Notes: generated by a model from the sequence alone, not told the origin. Numbered from the stretch's first letter, positions 10,985 to 19,445 are shown. The stretch: DNA of 64,000 nucleotides from Gammaproteobacteria bacterium (GCA_036563665.1 DATCLY010000069.1:38146-102145); one strand, 5' to 3'. Numbers and translations: made by a program.

Positions 10985-12199
10985 ATGGGTGCCTATCACT
11001 ACGTCGCCGTCGATGCCGGCGGCCGCGAGCACAAGGGGGTGCTCGAGGGCGATACCCCCCGGCACGTGCGCCAGCTCCTCCGCGAGCGGCAGCTCATGCC
11101 GGTGGAGGTGGCGGAGGTCGAGTCGCGCGAGCGCAAGGTCAAGCGCCAGCTCTCCCTGCGCCGCGGCATCTCGGGCCTCGACCTCGCGCTGCTGACGCGG
11201 CAGCTCGCCACGCTGGTGCGGGCCGGCCTCCCGCTGGAGGAGGCGCTGCTCGCGGTCAGCGAGCACACGGAGAAGGCGCGGCTCAAGAGCATCCTGCTGG
11301 GCGTCCGCGCCAAGGTGCTCGAAGGCCACACGCTCGCGCTGGGCCTCGAGGACTTCCCGCACGCCTTCCCCCCGGTCTACCGGGCCACGGTGGCCGCCGG
11401 CGAGCAGGCGGGCCAGCTCGACGCCGTGCTCGAGCGGCTCGCGGAGTACACGGAGGCGCGGCACGGGCTGCGGCAGAAGATCAGCCACGCCCTGGTCTAC
11501 CCCGTGGTGCTCACGGTGCTGTCGCTCGGCATCGTGGTGCTGATGCTCGTGTACGTGGTGCCGAAGGTGGTGGGCGTCTTCGAGTCCACGGGGCAGGACC
11601 TCCCGCCCCTCACCCAGGCGCTCATCGCGCTGTCGGTATTTCTGCAGAACTGGTGGTTCCTGGTGCTCGCCGGCATCGCGCTGGGGCTCCTCGGAGTCGA
11701 GCGGCTGCTGCGTAACGAGGCGGTGCGCCGCCGGGTGCACGGCTGGCTGCTCAAGGCGCCGGTGATCGGCCGCGTCACGCGCGGCGTCAACACGGCCCGC
11801 TTCACGCGCACGCTGTCCATCCTCACGTCGAGCGGCGTGCCCGTGCTCGAGGCGCTGCGGATCAGCGCCGCGGTCGTGAACAACTTGCCGATGCGCGACG
11901 CCGTGGAGGCGGCGGCCGTGCGGGTGCGCGAAGGCGCCGCCATCGGCCGCGCGCTCGCGGTGTCCAAGCTCTTCCCCCCGATGGCGATTCACCTGATCTC
12001 GAGCGGCGAGTCGAGCGGCGAGCTCGACACGATGCTCGAGCGGGCGGCCACCCATCAAGAGAACGAAATGGATAGTCTCCTCGCGACGATGTTGGGGATT
12101 TTGGAACCCGCATTGATCATCGTGATGGGGCTCATGGTGCTCGCCATCGTGATGGCGATACTGCTGCCGATCTTCCAGATCAATCAGCTCGTGAGCTGA
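10985..12199 (+). CDS. gspF: type II secretion system inner-membrane platform protein GspF
   Basis: MGAYHYVAVDAGGREHKGVLEGDTPRHVRQLLRERQL is a typical GspF N-terminus. Polytopic protein with two GspF repeats. Start moved to ATG 10985. Confidence 0.92.
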   Translation: MGAYHYVAVDAGGREHKGVLEGDTPRHVRQLLRERQLMPVEVAEVESRERKVKRQLSLRRGISGLDLALLTRQLATLVRAGLPLEEALLAVSEHTEKARLKSILLGVRAKVLEGHTLALGLEDFPHAFPPVYRATVAAGEQAGQLDAVLERLAEYTEARHGLRQKISHALVYPVVLTVLSLGIVVLMLVYVVPKVVGVFESTGQDLPPLTQALIALSVFLQNWWFLVLAGIALGLLGVERLLRNEAVRRRVHGWLLKAPVIGRVTRGVNTARFTRTLSILTSSGVPVLEALRISAAVVNNLPMRDAVEAAAVRVREGAAIGRALAVSKLFPPMAIHLISSGESSGELDTMLERAATHQENEMDSLLATMLGILEPALIIVMGLMVLAIVMAILLPIFQINQLVS

Positions 12200-12215
12200 C
12201 GGTACCCTCGCCCGC

Positions 12216-12243
12216 CGGCCGTCTTTTTCGGCCGTCTTTTTTT
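12216..12243 (+). terminator. weak intrinsic terminator candidate after gspF
   Basis: CGGCCG (12216-12221), loop TCTTTTT, CGGCCG (12229-12234), followed by TCTTTTTTT. Confidence 0.45.
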
Positions 12244-12268
12244 GTGCCGCGGGTCACACGTTCGGGTA

Positions 12269-12297
12269 TTGCCAAGGTATTGGGGGCGGATTATAAA
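12269..12297 (+). promoter_or_regulatory. sigma-70-like promoter for the small acidic protein gene
   Basis: TTGCCA (12269-12274), 17-nt spacer, TATAAA (12292-12297), in a locally AT-richer patch. A strong SD GGAGGGGAGGA lies just before ATG 12354. Confidence 0.5.
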
Positions 12298-12353
12298 AAG
12301 GCGCGAATTTTGCAACCCCGTGGAAAACCGATGACTTACGTCGGAGGGGAGGA

Positions 12354-12626
12354 ATGAAACTCAAGGAGTCGGAACCTGATGACGATCTCGACGACGAGAT
12401 CGACGATTCCGACGATGACGCAGATCCGGACGCGGAACCGGAGACGGACAACGTCGGAGACGCATCCGTCGAGATCAACGTGGAGGAGCTCATTCACGAG
12501 CTCGAAGCTCAGGGGCTAGAGAAGCGGCCCGTGAGTGAATATGCCGCACGGCGCCGCCTCGAAGAGCTGATGGAGGAGAAGCGCGCACGTCGCGAGCTCG
12601 AGGATTTCGAAGACTACGAAATCTGA
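12354..12626 (+). CDS. small, extremely acidic protein of unknown function
   Basis: 90 aa. N-terminal half is almost pure D/E (EPDDDLDDEIDDSDDDADPDAEPETD). C-terminal charged helix RRRLEELMEEKRARRELEDFEDYEI. Strong SD and own promoter. Loosely recalls short acidic envelope-integrity-type proteins of pseudomonads (unverified). Confidence 0.7.
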   Translation: MKLKESEPDDDLDDEIDDSDDDADPDAEPETDNVGDASVEINVEELIHELEAQGLEKRPVSEYAARRRLEELMEEKRARRELEDFEDYEI

Positions 12627-12629
12627 CCG

Positions 12630-12649
12630 GCAGCTCCGGTCGGAGCTGC
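12630..12649. terminator. hairpin between convergent acidic-protein gene and dnaE2
   Basis: GCAGCTCC-GGTC-GGAGCTGC, a perfect 8-bp stem that exactly fills the 23-nt gap between the two stop codons. No U-tract. Confidence 0.35.
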
Positions 12650-15600
12650 TCATCGGAAATCCCTGGACGTCGTTACGAGCCCGCCGAGCAGTTCGCTCAG
12701 GTCGAACAGCCGGCGGGCGACGACGTGCAGCACTTCGCCCTCCTTCTGCACGTGCCCCTCTACGCCTAGCAGCGACGCGCCGAGCAGCGCCTGGCGGTCG
12801 CGCGCGGCCACGCGCGCCCACACGACCAGATTGAGATAGCCGGTCTCGTCCTCGAGCGTGACGAAGACGACGCCGGCGGCGCTCGACGGGTGCTGGCGCG
12901 TGATGACGATGCCCGCGCCTCGCACCCAGGCCCCGTGCGGCCGCCCGGCGATCTCGGCCGCCGTTCGAATCCTCAGGGCCGCCAGGCGGCCGCGCAGCAG
13001 CGCGAGCGGGTGGCGGCCCAGGGTCAGGCCGAGGTGGCGGTAGTCCGCCGCGATGTCCTCGGCCTCGGACGGGCGCCTGAGCAGCGGCACGGCCTCGGCC
13101 ACCCGGCCGGGCCACGGCCGCTTGTCCACGCCCGCCACCTCCCAGCGTGCCCGGTGCCGGTTCGGCGCGAGCGACCTGAGCGCGGCGCCGGCGGCGAGCG
13201 CACCCAGGTCCTTGGCGTCGAGATCGGCGCGCACGGCGAGGTCCTGCACGTCCTCGAACGGCCGCGCCGCGCGCGCCCGCACGATCCGTTCCGCGCCCGC
13301 GGCCGAGAGGCCCTTCACGAGCCGCAGGCCGAGCCGGACGGCAGGCCGTCCGGCGTCGTCGGGCTCGAGCGTGGAGTCCCAGTCGCTCGCGGTGACGTCG
13401 ACCGGCCGCACCTCCACCCCGTGCTCGCGCGCCGAGCGCACGAGCTGGGCCACCGCGTAGAAGCCCATCGGCTGGCTGTTCAGGAGCGCGCAGCAGAAGG
13501 CGGCCGGCTCGTGACGCTTGAGCCACGCGGACACGTACACGAGCAGCGCGAAGCTCGCCGCGTGCGATTCGGGGAAGCCGTATTCGCCGAATCCCTTGAT
13601 CTGCTCGAAGATGCGCCGCGCGAACGGCTCGCCGTAGCCGCGCGCCAGCATGCCGTCGATGAGGCGCCGCTCGAACGCTTCGAGATCGCCGCGCCGCCGC
13701 CACGCCGCCATCGCGCGCCGCAGCCGGTCCGCCTCGCCCGGCGTGAAGCCCGCCGCCACGATGGCGAGCTGCATGACCTGCTCCTGGAAGATCGGGACGC
13801 CGAGCGTGCGCTCGAGCACTTGCCGCACCTCCTCGCTCGGATAGGTCACGGGCTCCTCGCCGTTCCTGCGCCGCAGGTACGGGTGCACCATGTCGCCCTG
13901 GATCGGACCGGGGCGGATGATCGCCACCTCGATGACGAGGTCGTAGAAGCAGCGGGGGCGCAGCCGCGGCAGCATGGCCATCTGCGCCCGCGACTCGATC
14001 TGGAACACGCCCATCGTGTCCGCCCGGGAGATCATGCGGTAGACCTCCGGATCCTCGGCCGGCACCTCGGCCATCGTCAGGCGCCGGCCGTGGAAGCGCT
14101 CGATGAGCTCGAAGCAGCGGCGGATCGCGGACAGCATGCCGAGGCCGAGCACGTCCACCTTGAGGAGCCCGAGCGCCTCGAGGTCGTCCTTGTCCCACTG
14201 AATGACGGTGCGCTCCGGCATGGCGGCGTTCTCGATGGGCACGAGCTCGGCGAGCGGCCCCTCGGAGATCACGAAGCCGCCCACGTGCTGCGACAGGTGC
14301 CGCGGGAAGCCGATGAGCTCCTGCGCGAGGCGGAGCAGCTGCTTGACCTTCGCGCTCTCCGGATCGAGCCCCGCCTCGACGAAGCGCTGCCGATCGATGC
14401 GGTGACCGTCCCACCATTGCAGCGACTTCGCGAGCGTGCCCACCTGCAGCTCGTCGAGCCCGAGCGCCTTGCCGACGTCGCGGATGGCGCTCCGCGGCCG
14501 ATAGGTGATGACGGTGGCGGCGAGCGCGGCCCGCTCGCGGGAGTACTTCTGGTAGATGTACTGAATGACCTCCTCGCGCCGCTCGTGCTCGAAGTCGACG
14601 TCGATGTCCGGCGGCTCCGCGCGCTCCTTGGAGATGAACCGCTCCACGAGCATCTCCATGCGAGCAGGGTCCACCTCGGTGATGCCGAGGCAGTAGCACA
14701 CCGCGGAGTTGGCGGCCGACCCCCGCCCCTGGCACAGGATGCCGCGGCTGCGGGCGAAGCGGACGATGTCGTGGACGGTGAGGAAATAGGGCTCGTAACG
14801 GAGCTCGGCGATGAGCCTGAGCTCGTGCTCGATGAGCCGCTCCACTTTCTCGGGCGCCCCTTGCGGCCAGCGCCAACGCTTGCCCTGCTCCGTGAGCGCC
14901 CGCAGGTGAGTGGTCGGCGTCTCGCCTTCGGGCACGAGCTCGCGCGGGTACTCGTAACGCAGCTCGTCGAGCGAGAAGCGCGTACGCTCGAGGATCGCGA
15001 GCGTCTCGTCGAGGAGCTCTCGCGGGTAGAGCGCCTCGAGCTCGTGGATCGGCCGCAGGCAGCGCTCGGCGTTCGGCTGGAGCGCGAAGCCGAGCTTGTC
15101 CACGGGCGTCTTGAGGCGGATGGCGGTGAGCGTGTCCTGCAGCATGCGGCGGCTGCGGTCGTGCATGTGCACGTTGCCGCTCGCCACCACCGGCAAGCCG
15201 AGCCTGCGGCCGAGCGCGGTGAGCTCCGCGAGCCGGCGCCGGTCGGTGCCGTCGCGGAGGAGCTCCGCCGCGATCCAGGTGCGGCCCGGGCAACGCTCGG
15301 CGAGCCACGCGCAGGCCGCCGCGTCCGGCTGCCGCTCGGGCAGCCACAGCACGAGGCACGAGGATCCCTCGAGGTGCGAGGCGAGCAGGTCGCGGTCGGC
15401 GCGATACTCGCCTTTCGGGGCGGCGCGCCGCGCGGCCGTGATGAGCCGGCAGAGCGCGCCATACGCGTGCCGGTCGGGCGCGAGCACCACGAGCGCGAGG
15501 TCCGGCAGGCGCAGCTCGCTGCCGATGACGAACTTTAGCGGCCGCTCCTTGGCGGCGATGTGCGCGCGCACGACGCCGGCCACGGAGCACTCGTCCGTCA

Positions 15601-15742
15601 GCGCGAGCCCGGCATAGCCGAGCGCGGCGGCGGTGTCGACCAGCTCCTCCGGATGCGACGCGCCGCGCAGGAAGGAGAAGTTGCTGAGGCAGTGCAGCTC
15701 GGCGTAGCCGGCGGAAGATCGCGCCTCGAAAGGCGCTCCCAC
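12650..15742 (-). CDS. dnaE2: error-prone DNA polymerase III alpha-like subunit DnaE2 (ImuC)
   Basis: PHP domain start YAELHCLSNFSFLRGASHPEELV...ALTDECSVAG. About 1030 aa, a typical length. Follows imuA-imuB. Start placed at GTG 15742, 11 codons before the conserved YAELH. The track ORF extends to 16201, but that extension is REP-derived or overlaps imuB. ATG 15871 is an alternative start. Confidence 0.9.
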   Translation of the reverse strand: MGAPFEARSSAGYAELHCLSNFSFLRGASHPEELVDTAAALGYAGLALTDECSVAGVVRAHIAAKERPLKFVIGSELRLPDLALVVLAPDRHAYGALCRLITAARRAAPKGEYRADRDLLASHLEGSSCLVLWLPERQPDAAACAWLAERCPGRTWIAAELLRDGTDRRRLAELTALGRRLGLPVVASGNVHMHDRSRRMLQDTLTAIRLKTPVDKLGFALQPNAERCLRPIHELEALYPRELLDETLAILERTRFSLDELRYEYPRELVPEGETPTTHLRALTEQGKRWRWPQGAPEKVERLIEHELRLIAELRYEPYFLTVHDIVRFARSRGILCQGRGSAANSAVCYCLGITEVDPARMEMLVERFISKERAEPPDIDVDFEHERREEVIQYIYQKYSRERAALAATVITYRPRSAIRDVGKALGLDELQVGTLAKSLQWWDGHRIDRQRFVEAGLDPESAKVKQLLRLAQELIGFPRHLSQHVGGFVISEGPLAELVPIENAAMPERTVIQWDKDDLEALGLLKVDVLGLGMLSAIRRCFELIERFHGRRLTMAEVPAEDPEVYRMISRADTMGVFQIESRAQMAMLPRLRPRCFYDLVIEVAIIRPGPIQGDMVHPYLRRRNGEEPVTYPSEEVRQVLERTLGVPIFQEQVMQLAIVAAGFTPGEADRLRRAMAAWRRRGDLEAFERRLIDGMLARGYGEPFARRIFEQIKGFGEYGFPESHAASFALLVYVSAWLKRHEPAAFCCALLNSQPMGFYAVAQLVRSAREHGVEVRPVDVTASDWDSTLEPDDAGRPAVRLGLRLVKGLSAAGAERIVRARAARPFEDVQDLAVRADLDAKDLGALAAGAALRSLAPNRHRARWEVAGVDKRPWPGRVAEAVPLLRRPSEAEDIAADYRHLGLTLGRHPLALLRGRLAALRIRTAAEIAGRPHGAWVRGAGIVITRQHPSSAAGVVFVTLEDETGYLNLVVWARVAARDRQALLGASLLGVEGHVQKEGEVLHVVARRLFDLSELLGGLVTTSRDFR

Positions 15743-15850
15743 CCGCCGATCGAAGCCTGTGGGAGCAGCTTTCGCGCGATCCTCCCCTGTGGGAGCGGCT
15801 TTCCAGCCGCGATCTTCCCTTGTAGGAGCGGCTTTCCAGCCGCGATCTTC
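15714..15850. repeat. cluster of four REP-like repeats in the imuB-dnaE2 junction
   Basis: One reverse copy at 15714-15742 (GAAGATCGCGCCTCGAAAGGCGCTCCCAC). One degenerate forward copy at 15759-15784. Two forward copies at 15789-15817 (GTGGGAGCGGCTTTCCAGCCGCGATCTTC) and 15822-15850 (GTAGGAGCGG...). Confidence 0.9.
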
Positions 15851-15854
15851 GCGC

Positions 15855-17381
15855 TCACCCGAAGAGGCCATGCAGGTACCACGTGCCGCTCGCGCGCTCG
15901 CGAAACACCCACAGCCGCTCGCCGCGCTCGCCGATGGCCGTGTAGTAATCTCGGGCCACGTCGTGGCCGTCCCACCAGCCGCTCTCGATGCGCTCGGGGC
16001 CCGACTCGAGCTCGATCTCTCCCCGTGTGTGGGAACGCGCAGCCGGCGAGAACAGCGGCACGGGCTCGGGCAGCACCCACGCCGGGCGCTCGGCCGCGCA
16101 CGGCGACACCTCGCCGTCGCGGGGAGGCTCGATGAGGCTGCGCTCGGTGAGCTTGCGCCACGCGCGCTCGGGACGATGGTCGGCGGCGAGGCCGAGCCCA
16201 TGCACGTCGTCGGCGCCGAAGCGTCCCTGCAACCGCTCCACCAGAACGGTGCGCTCGCCCTCCCGTCGCCGGCCGCCGAAGAGCCCGGCCGGCGCGAGGC
16301 TCAAGGGGCGGAAGAAGCCGGTCGCGAGCTCGAGCGCGATGACGGGCGCCGGGAGCTCCACCCGCTCCAGCCGGTCCGCGACGAGACGGCGCAGCACCGT
16401 GCCTTCGTGCGACGGCTCGAGCAGGTCGAAGCGGACCACGGTGGACGGATGCTGCAGGTGCTCGAGGGCGAGCTCGAAGCGCTCGATCTGGGCCTGACGC
16501 TCGCGCAGGCTCGCCGCCAGTCGCTCGATGAGCTGCGCGGCGGCCGCGATCAGCACGGTCGCGTCACCCGTCTCCGCCGACAGCTCCGCGCGCGCGCGGA
16601 AGGCATGCGGCGGCTCGCGCTCCGCGCGCACGTCCACGGCGCGGCCCAGCGCCTTGTCGAGGTCCGCCAAGCAGCGCAGCCCCACGCGCCGGGCGAAGCC
16701 CGCGCGCGGCAGCCGCAGGCAATCGCCGATCGTGCGCACGCCCATCTCGGCGAGCAGCGTCTGCACCTCCTCGGGCCAGCGGGTGACCGACAGCGGCAGG
16801 CGGCCGAGGCTCGCGGGCAGTCGCTCGAGCGACGGCGCATCGTCCGCCCCGCAGCGGGAGAGCCACAGCGCGGCCATGGCGGTGGGCGCGACGCGCAACC
16901 GGGCGGTCAACCCACGCCGCGCCGTTTCCTCCGCGAGCATCGCCACGATCGCTTCCCGCCCGCCGAAGAGCCTGCGGCTGCCTTCGATCTCGAGCACCAG
17001 GCTCTCGTCGGGCTCGATGCAGACGGCGGGCGTGATGCGATGCGCCCAGCTCGCGAGCGACTCGAGCACCGCCCGCTCGCGCACCGGCGAGCGTTGCAGC
17101 ACGTTCAGGGGCTCGGCGAGCGCGAGCGCCGCGCCGAGCTTGAGATCAGGCGCGATGCCGTGGACACGGGCCGCCGCGTTCGCCGCAACGACCCGCCACT
17201 GCGCCTGCCGGGGCTCGACGACCACGGCAGGCTCCTCGGTGCGAGCGGCCGGCAGCGCTTCGAGCGGCAGGTTGGGCAGCGTGAGGCCCAGCCAGGCTTG
17301 CCGCCGCCGCGGCGAAGACGCCTCCGTCGGGGGCGGCGGAGACTCCGTCGGGAACAGCGCTGAGGAATGTAAGGGTTGCAT
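15855..17381 (-). CDS. imuB: Y-family polymerase-like protein ImuB
   Basis: 508 aa. ...AWLGLTLPNLPLEALP...VVVEP...RVVAANAAARVHGIAPDLKLGAALAL... is a typical ImuB N-terminus. Sits between imuA and dnaE2. Confidence 0.88.
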   Translation of the reverse strand: MQPLHSSALFPTESPPPPTEASSPRRRQAWLGLTLPNLPLEALPAARTEEPAVVVEPRQAQWRVVAANAAARVHGIAPDLKLGAALALAEPLNVLQRSPVRERAVLESLASWAHRITPAVCIEPDESLVLEIEGSRRLFGGREAIVAMLAEETARRGLTARLRVAPTAMAALWLSRCGADDAPSLERLPASLGRLPLSVTRWPEEVQTLLAEMGVRTIGDCLRLPRAGFARRVGLRCLADLDKALGRAVDVRAEREPPHAFRARAELSAETGDATVLIAAAAQLIERLAASLRERQAQIERFELALEHLQHPSTVVRFDLLEPSHEGTVLRRLVADRLERVELPAPVIALELATGFFRPLSLAPAGLFGGRRREGERTVLVERLQGRFGADDVHGLGLAADHRPERAWRKLTERSLIEPPRDGEVSPCAAERPAWVLPEPVPLFSPAARSHTRGEIELESGPERIESGWWDGHDVARDYYTAIGERGERLWVFRERASGTWYLHGLFG

Positions 17382-17393
17382 GGGCTCGCGCCA

Positions 17394-18086
17394 TCAGCGG
17401 ACCTCGAGATCGATATCCGCCGGTTGACGGCCTCGGCACTTGAGCACGCGGACGCGCAGAGCGCGACGCGGCCTCGAGGCTCCCCTGCCCCGCACCCCGC
17501 GCATCGGCGCGCCCGCACGGAGCTCGAGCCGCAACGCCGCCGGCGAGCGGTTCTCGAGGTCCTCCACCGGGCGGAACAGCACCACCCAGCACACGCGCTC
17601 CTCGGCGGCGAGCTGGAGGCGGCGCAAGTCCACGTCGTCGGCCGTTCGCACCCAGGCGAGCACCGCGGCGGCGGAGCCCGAGCGGATGGCTTGCTCGACG
17701 GCCCAGAGATCGTTCTTGCGCCCGCCCCGGGGATGCACGAGCAGCAGCCGATCGAGCTCGACGCCCTGCCGGCGCAGCGCCGGCGCATACGGCACGAGCG
17801 GCGGCGCCACCCAGACGATCCACCGGCCGGCCGCGTCCTCCGCGCGCGTGAGCTCCGCCAGCGCCGGCATCAGGAGCGTGAGCTCGCCGATGCCGTACTG
17901 CTCGAGGAAGATTTCGCTGATTGCGTTACGCGGCCAGCCGCCGCCGGGCAGATACCGGTCGAGCGCGGCGAAGCCGGTGGGGATGACGGGCGGCGCGAGC
18001 TGCGCGCCCCGGCCGAGCCACACGCGCCCGTCGCGCAGCAGGGCTTCCATGCCCGGCGTCGGTAACGCTTCCATTGCAGGATTCAT
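17394..18086 (-). CDS. imuA: translesion-synthesis-associated protein ImuA (RecA/SulA-like)
   Basis: 230 aa. ...VIPTGFAALDRYLPGGGWPRNAISEIF...GIGELTLLMPALA...WIVWVAPP.. is the ImuA pattern. First gene after lexA. Confidence 0.85.
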   Translation of the reverse strand: MNPAMEALPTPGMEALLRDGRVWLGRGAQLAPPVIPTGFAALDRYLPGGGWPRNAISEIFLEQYGIGELTLLMPALAELTRAEDAAGRWIVWVAPPLVPYAPALRRQGVELDRLLLVHPRGGRKNDLWAVEQAIRSGSAAAVLAWVRTADDVDLRRLQLAAEERVCWVVLFRPVEDLENRSPAALRLELRAGAPMRGVRGRGASRPRRALRVRVLKCRGRQPADIDLEVR

Positions 18087-18123
18087 CGACGGGAGATGGC
18101 GGCCGGCAAAAGCCGCTCCTATT

Positions 18124-18735
18124 TCATTTCACGGTTGGCCTCACCACGCCCACCACGACGCCTTCGATGGTGAGCGGCTGCTCCTGGAGGTTCACCTGGA
18201 TCGGTTCGAAATCCGGGTTCTCGGGCAGCAGCCAGACGCGATGCCCTTCCTGCTTGTAGCGCTTCACCGTGACCTCGTTCTCCAGGCGTGCGACCACGAT
18301 CTGCCGGTTGCGCACGTCGGTGGTTCGATGCACCGCGACGAGATCGCCGTCGAGGATGCCGGCGTCGCGCATGCTCATGCCGTGCACGCGCAACAGGAAA
18401 TGCGGCGGCTTTTTGAAAAGGTCGAGATCGATTTGATACCGCGCCTCGATGTGTTCCTCGGCCAGGATCGGTTCGCCCGCCGCGACTCGGCCCACCAGCG
18501 GCAACCCGAGCTGCTCGCGCAACGAATCCTTCAGGCGGATGCCCCGCGACGTGCCGGGCAGCAGCTCGATGGCGCCTTTCCGCTCGAGCGCGCGCAGATG
18601 ATCCTCGGCGGCGTTGACCGAGCGGAACTTCAGCATCTTCGCGATCTCGGCGCGCGTGGGCGGCATGCCGGTTTCGCGAATAACTTTCTGAATGAGAGTG
18701 AGAATCTGGCGTTGCCGAGGGGTGAGCTCGCGCAT
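18124..18735 (-). CDS. lexA: LexA repressor
   Basis: 203 aa. w[35 protein letters not shown]. Cleavage site VAAGEP. Catalytic GMSM...VVARL...TVKRY. Confidence 0.96.
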   Translation of the reverse strand: MRELTPRQRQILTLIQKVIRETGMPPTRAEIAKMLKFRSVNAAEDHLRALERKGAIELLPGTSRGIRLKDSLREQLGLPLVGRVAAGEPILAEEHIEARYQIDLDLFKKPPHFLLRVHGMSMRDAGILDGDLVAVHRTTDVRNRQIVVARLENEVTVKRYKQEGHRVWLLPENPDFEPIQVNLQEQPLTIEGVVVGVVRPTVK

Positions 18736-18745
18736 GGTTCGCTGC

Positions 18746-18778
18746 CTGTATTTAAGCCCAGACTGATGCTATATACAG
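18746..18778. promoter_or_regulatory. two tandem SOS-box-like LexA operators upstream of lexA
   Basis: CTGTATTTAAGCCCAG (18746-18761) and CTGATGCTATATACAG (18763-18778). Each is CTGT-N8-ACAG with one half-site mismatch. They lie 11-43 nt upstream of the lexA ATG. Confidence 0.65.
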
Positions 18779-18935
18779 GCTCTCGGGAGGGAGGTCAAGC
18801 CGTGCTTCACGGCCGCTCGAGCGTCATGCGATGCAGGCTTCCACTACATCGCGCTGCGCACATCGCCGCTCTTCAAATCGTCCTTCATGCTGTCTGTTTT
18901 GAGCGACGCATGCCTCTGAAATGAATCGTTTTTAA

Positions 18936-18964
18936 TTGCAGTAGCGAACACTTTGCGAAATAAT
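18936..18964 (+). promoter_or_regulatory. sigma-70-like promoter for the lpp-like gene
   Basis: TTGCAG (18936-18941), 17-nt spacer, AATAAT (18959-18964), in an AT-richer patch 34 nt upstream of ATG 18998. Confidence 0.45.
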
Positions 18965-18997
18965 GGCGCCGGTTTTTCACGTTCAGGGGAATCCTCG

Positions 18998-19291
18998 ATG
19001 GTCACTAAAGTGAAGGCTGTCGTGCGGTCTGCCGCAATCGTTTGTGGCATCGCACTCGCGACGGGCTGCGCCGGCTTGCAGGAGCAGATCGACGAGGTGC
19101 GCATGACTGCTCAAGCGGCGCAGAGCACCGCCGAAGCGGCACAGCGCACGGCCAACCAAGCGCAGCAGACTGCGTCGAGTGCTCAGAGCACCGCGAACCA
19201 GGCGCTGCAAGCGGCGCAGGCCGCGCAAGCGTGCTGCGACGCCACGAATCAGCGATTGGATCGGATGTTCGAGCAGTCGCAGCGCAAGTAA
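18998..19291 (+). CDS. Braun/OprI-type alanine-zipper outer-membrane lipoprotein
   Basis: Lipobox IALATGC after a signal peptide (MVTKVKAVVRSAAIVCG). Five heptads QxTAxxA. C-terminus ...RMFEQSQRK ends in Lys like Lpp/OprI. Start moved to ATG 18998 (SD AGGGGA). Confidence 0.85.
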   Translation: MVTKVKAVVRSAAIVCGIALATGCAGLQEQIDEVRMTAQAAQSTAEAAQRTANQAQQTASSAQSTANQALQAAQAAQACCDATNQRLDRMFEQSQRK

Positions 19292-19347
19292 AGCATCCGT
19301 CTAACAGAACTAGATTTCCCACGACGCGGAGCATCCGCGTCGCAATA

Positions 19348-19380
19348 AAGCCGCCGCTTTCTCCGGCGGCTTTTTTTTTT
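19348..19380 (+). terminator. rho-independent terminator of the lpp-like gene
   Basis: AAGCCGCCG-CTTTCTC-CGGCGGCTT followed by a T run (10 consecutive T at 19371-19380, the first two forming the end of the right stem arm). Preceded by a second hairpin CGACGCGGA-GCA-TCCGCGTCG at 19322-19342. Confidence 0.85.
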
Positions 19381-19383
19381 CGT

Positions 19384-19445
19384 GTGGGAGCGGCTTTCCA
19401 GCCGCGATCTTCACCTGTGGGAGCGGCCTTCCAGCCGCGATCTTC
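19384..19445 (+). repeat. two forward REP copies
   Basis: 19384-19412 is GTGGGAGCGGCTTTCCAGCCGCGATCTTC. 19417-19445 is the same with one change (GCGGCCTTCC). Confidence 0.92.

Noticed and set aside
12963-12972. GTTCGAATCC, a tRNA T-arm-like string (another at about 9140)
   Set aside because: Lies inside well-supported coding frames (dnaE2, gspD). No acceptor/anticodon stems can be drawn around it.
12516-15590. 1024-aa ORF in an alternative frame of the dnaE2 strand
   Set aside because: Extreme Arg/Ala/Pro/Gly bias with no domains. It is out-of-frame with the recognisable DnaE2 sequence.
15743-16201. N-terminal 153 aa of track ORF 12650..16201, including REDRGWKAAPT tandem peptide repeats
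   Set aside because: The repeats are simply REP DNA read in frame. The region upstream of 15855 overlaps the real imuB 3' end. Conserved DnaE2 sequence begins only at about 15709.
18844-19104. 86-aa minus-strand ORF across the lpp-like promoter and start
   Set aside because: Antisense to a well-supported lipoprotein gene and its promoter. No SD and no recognisable motif.
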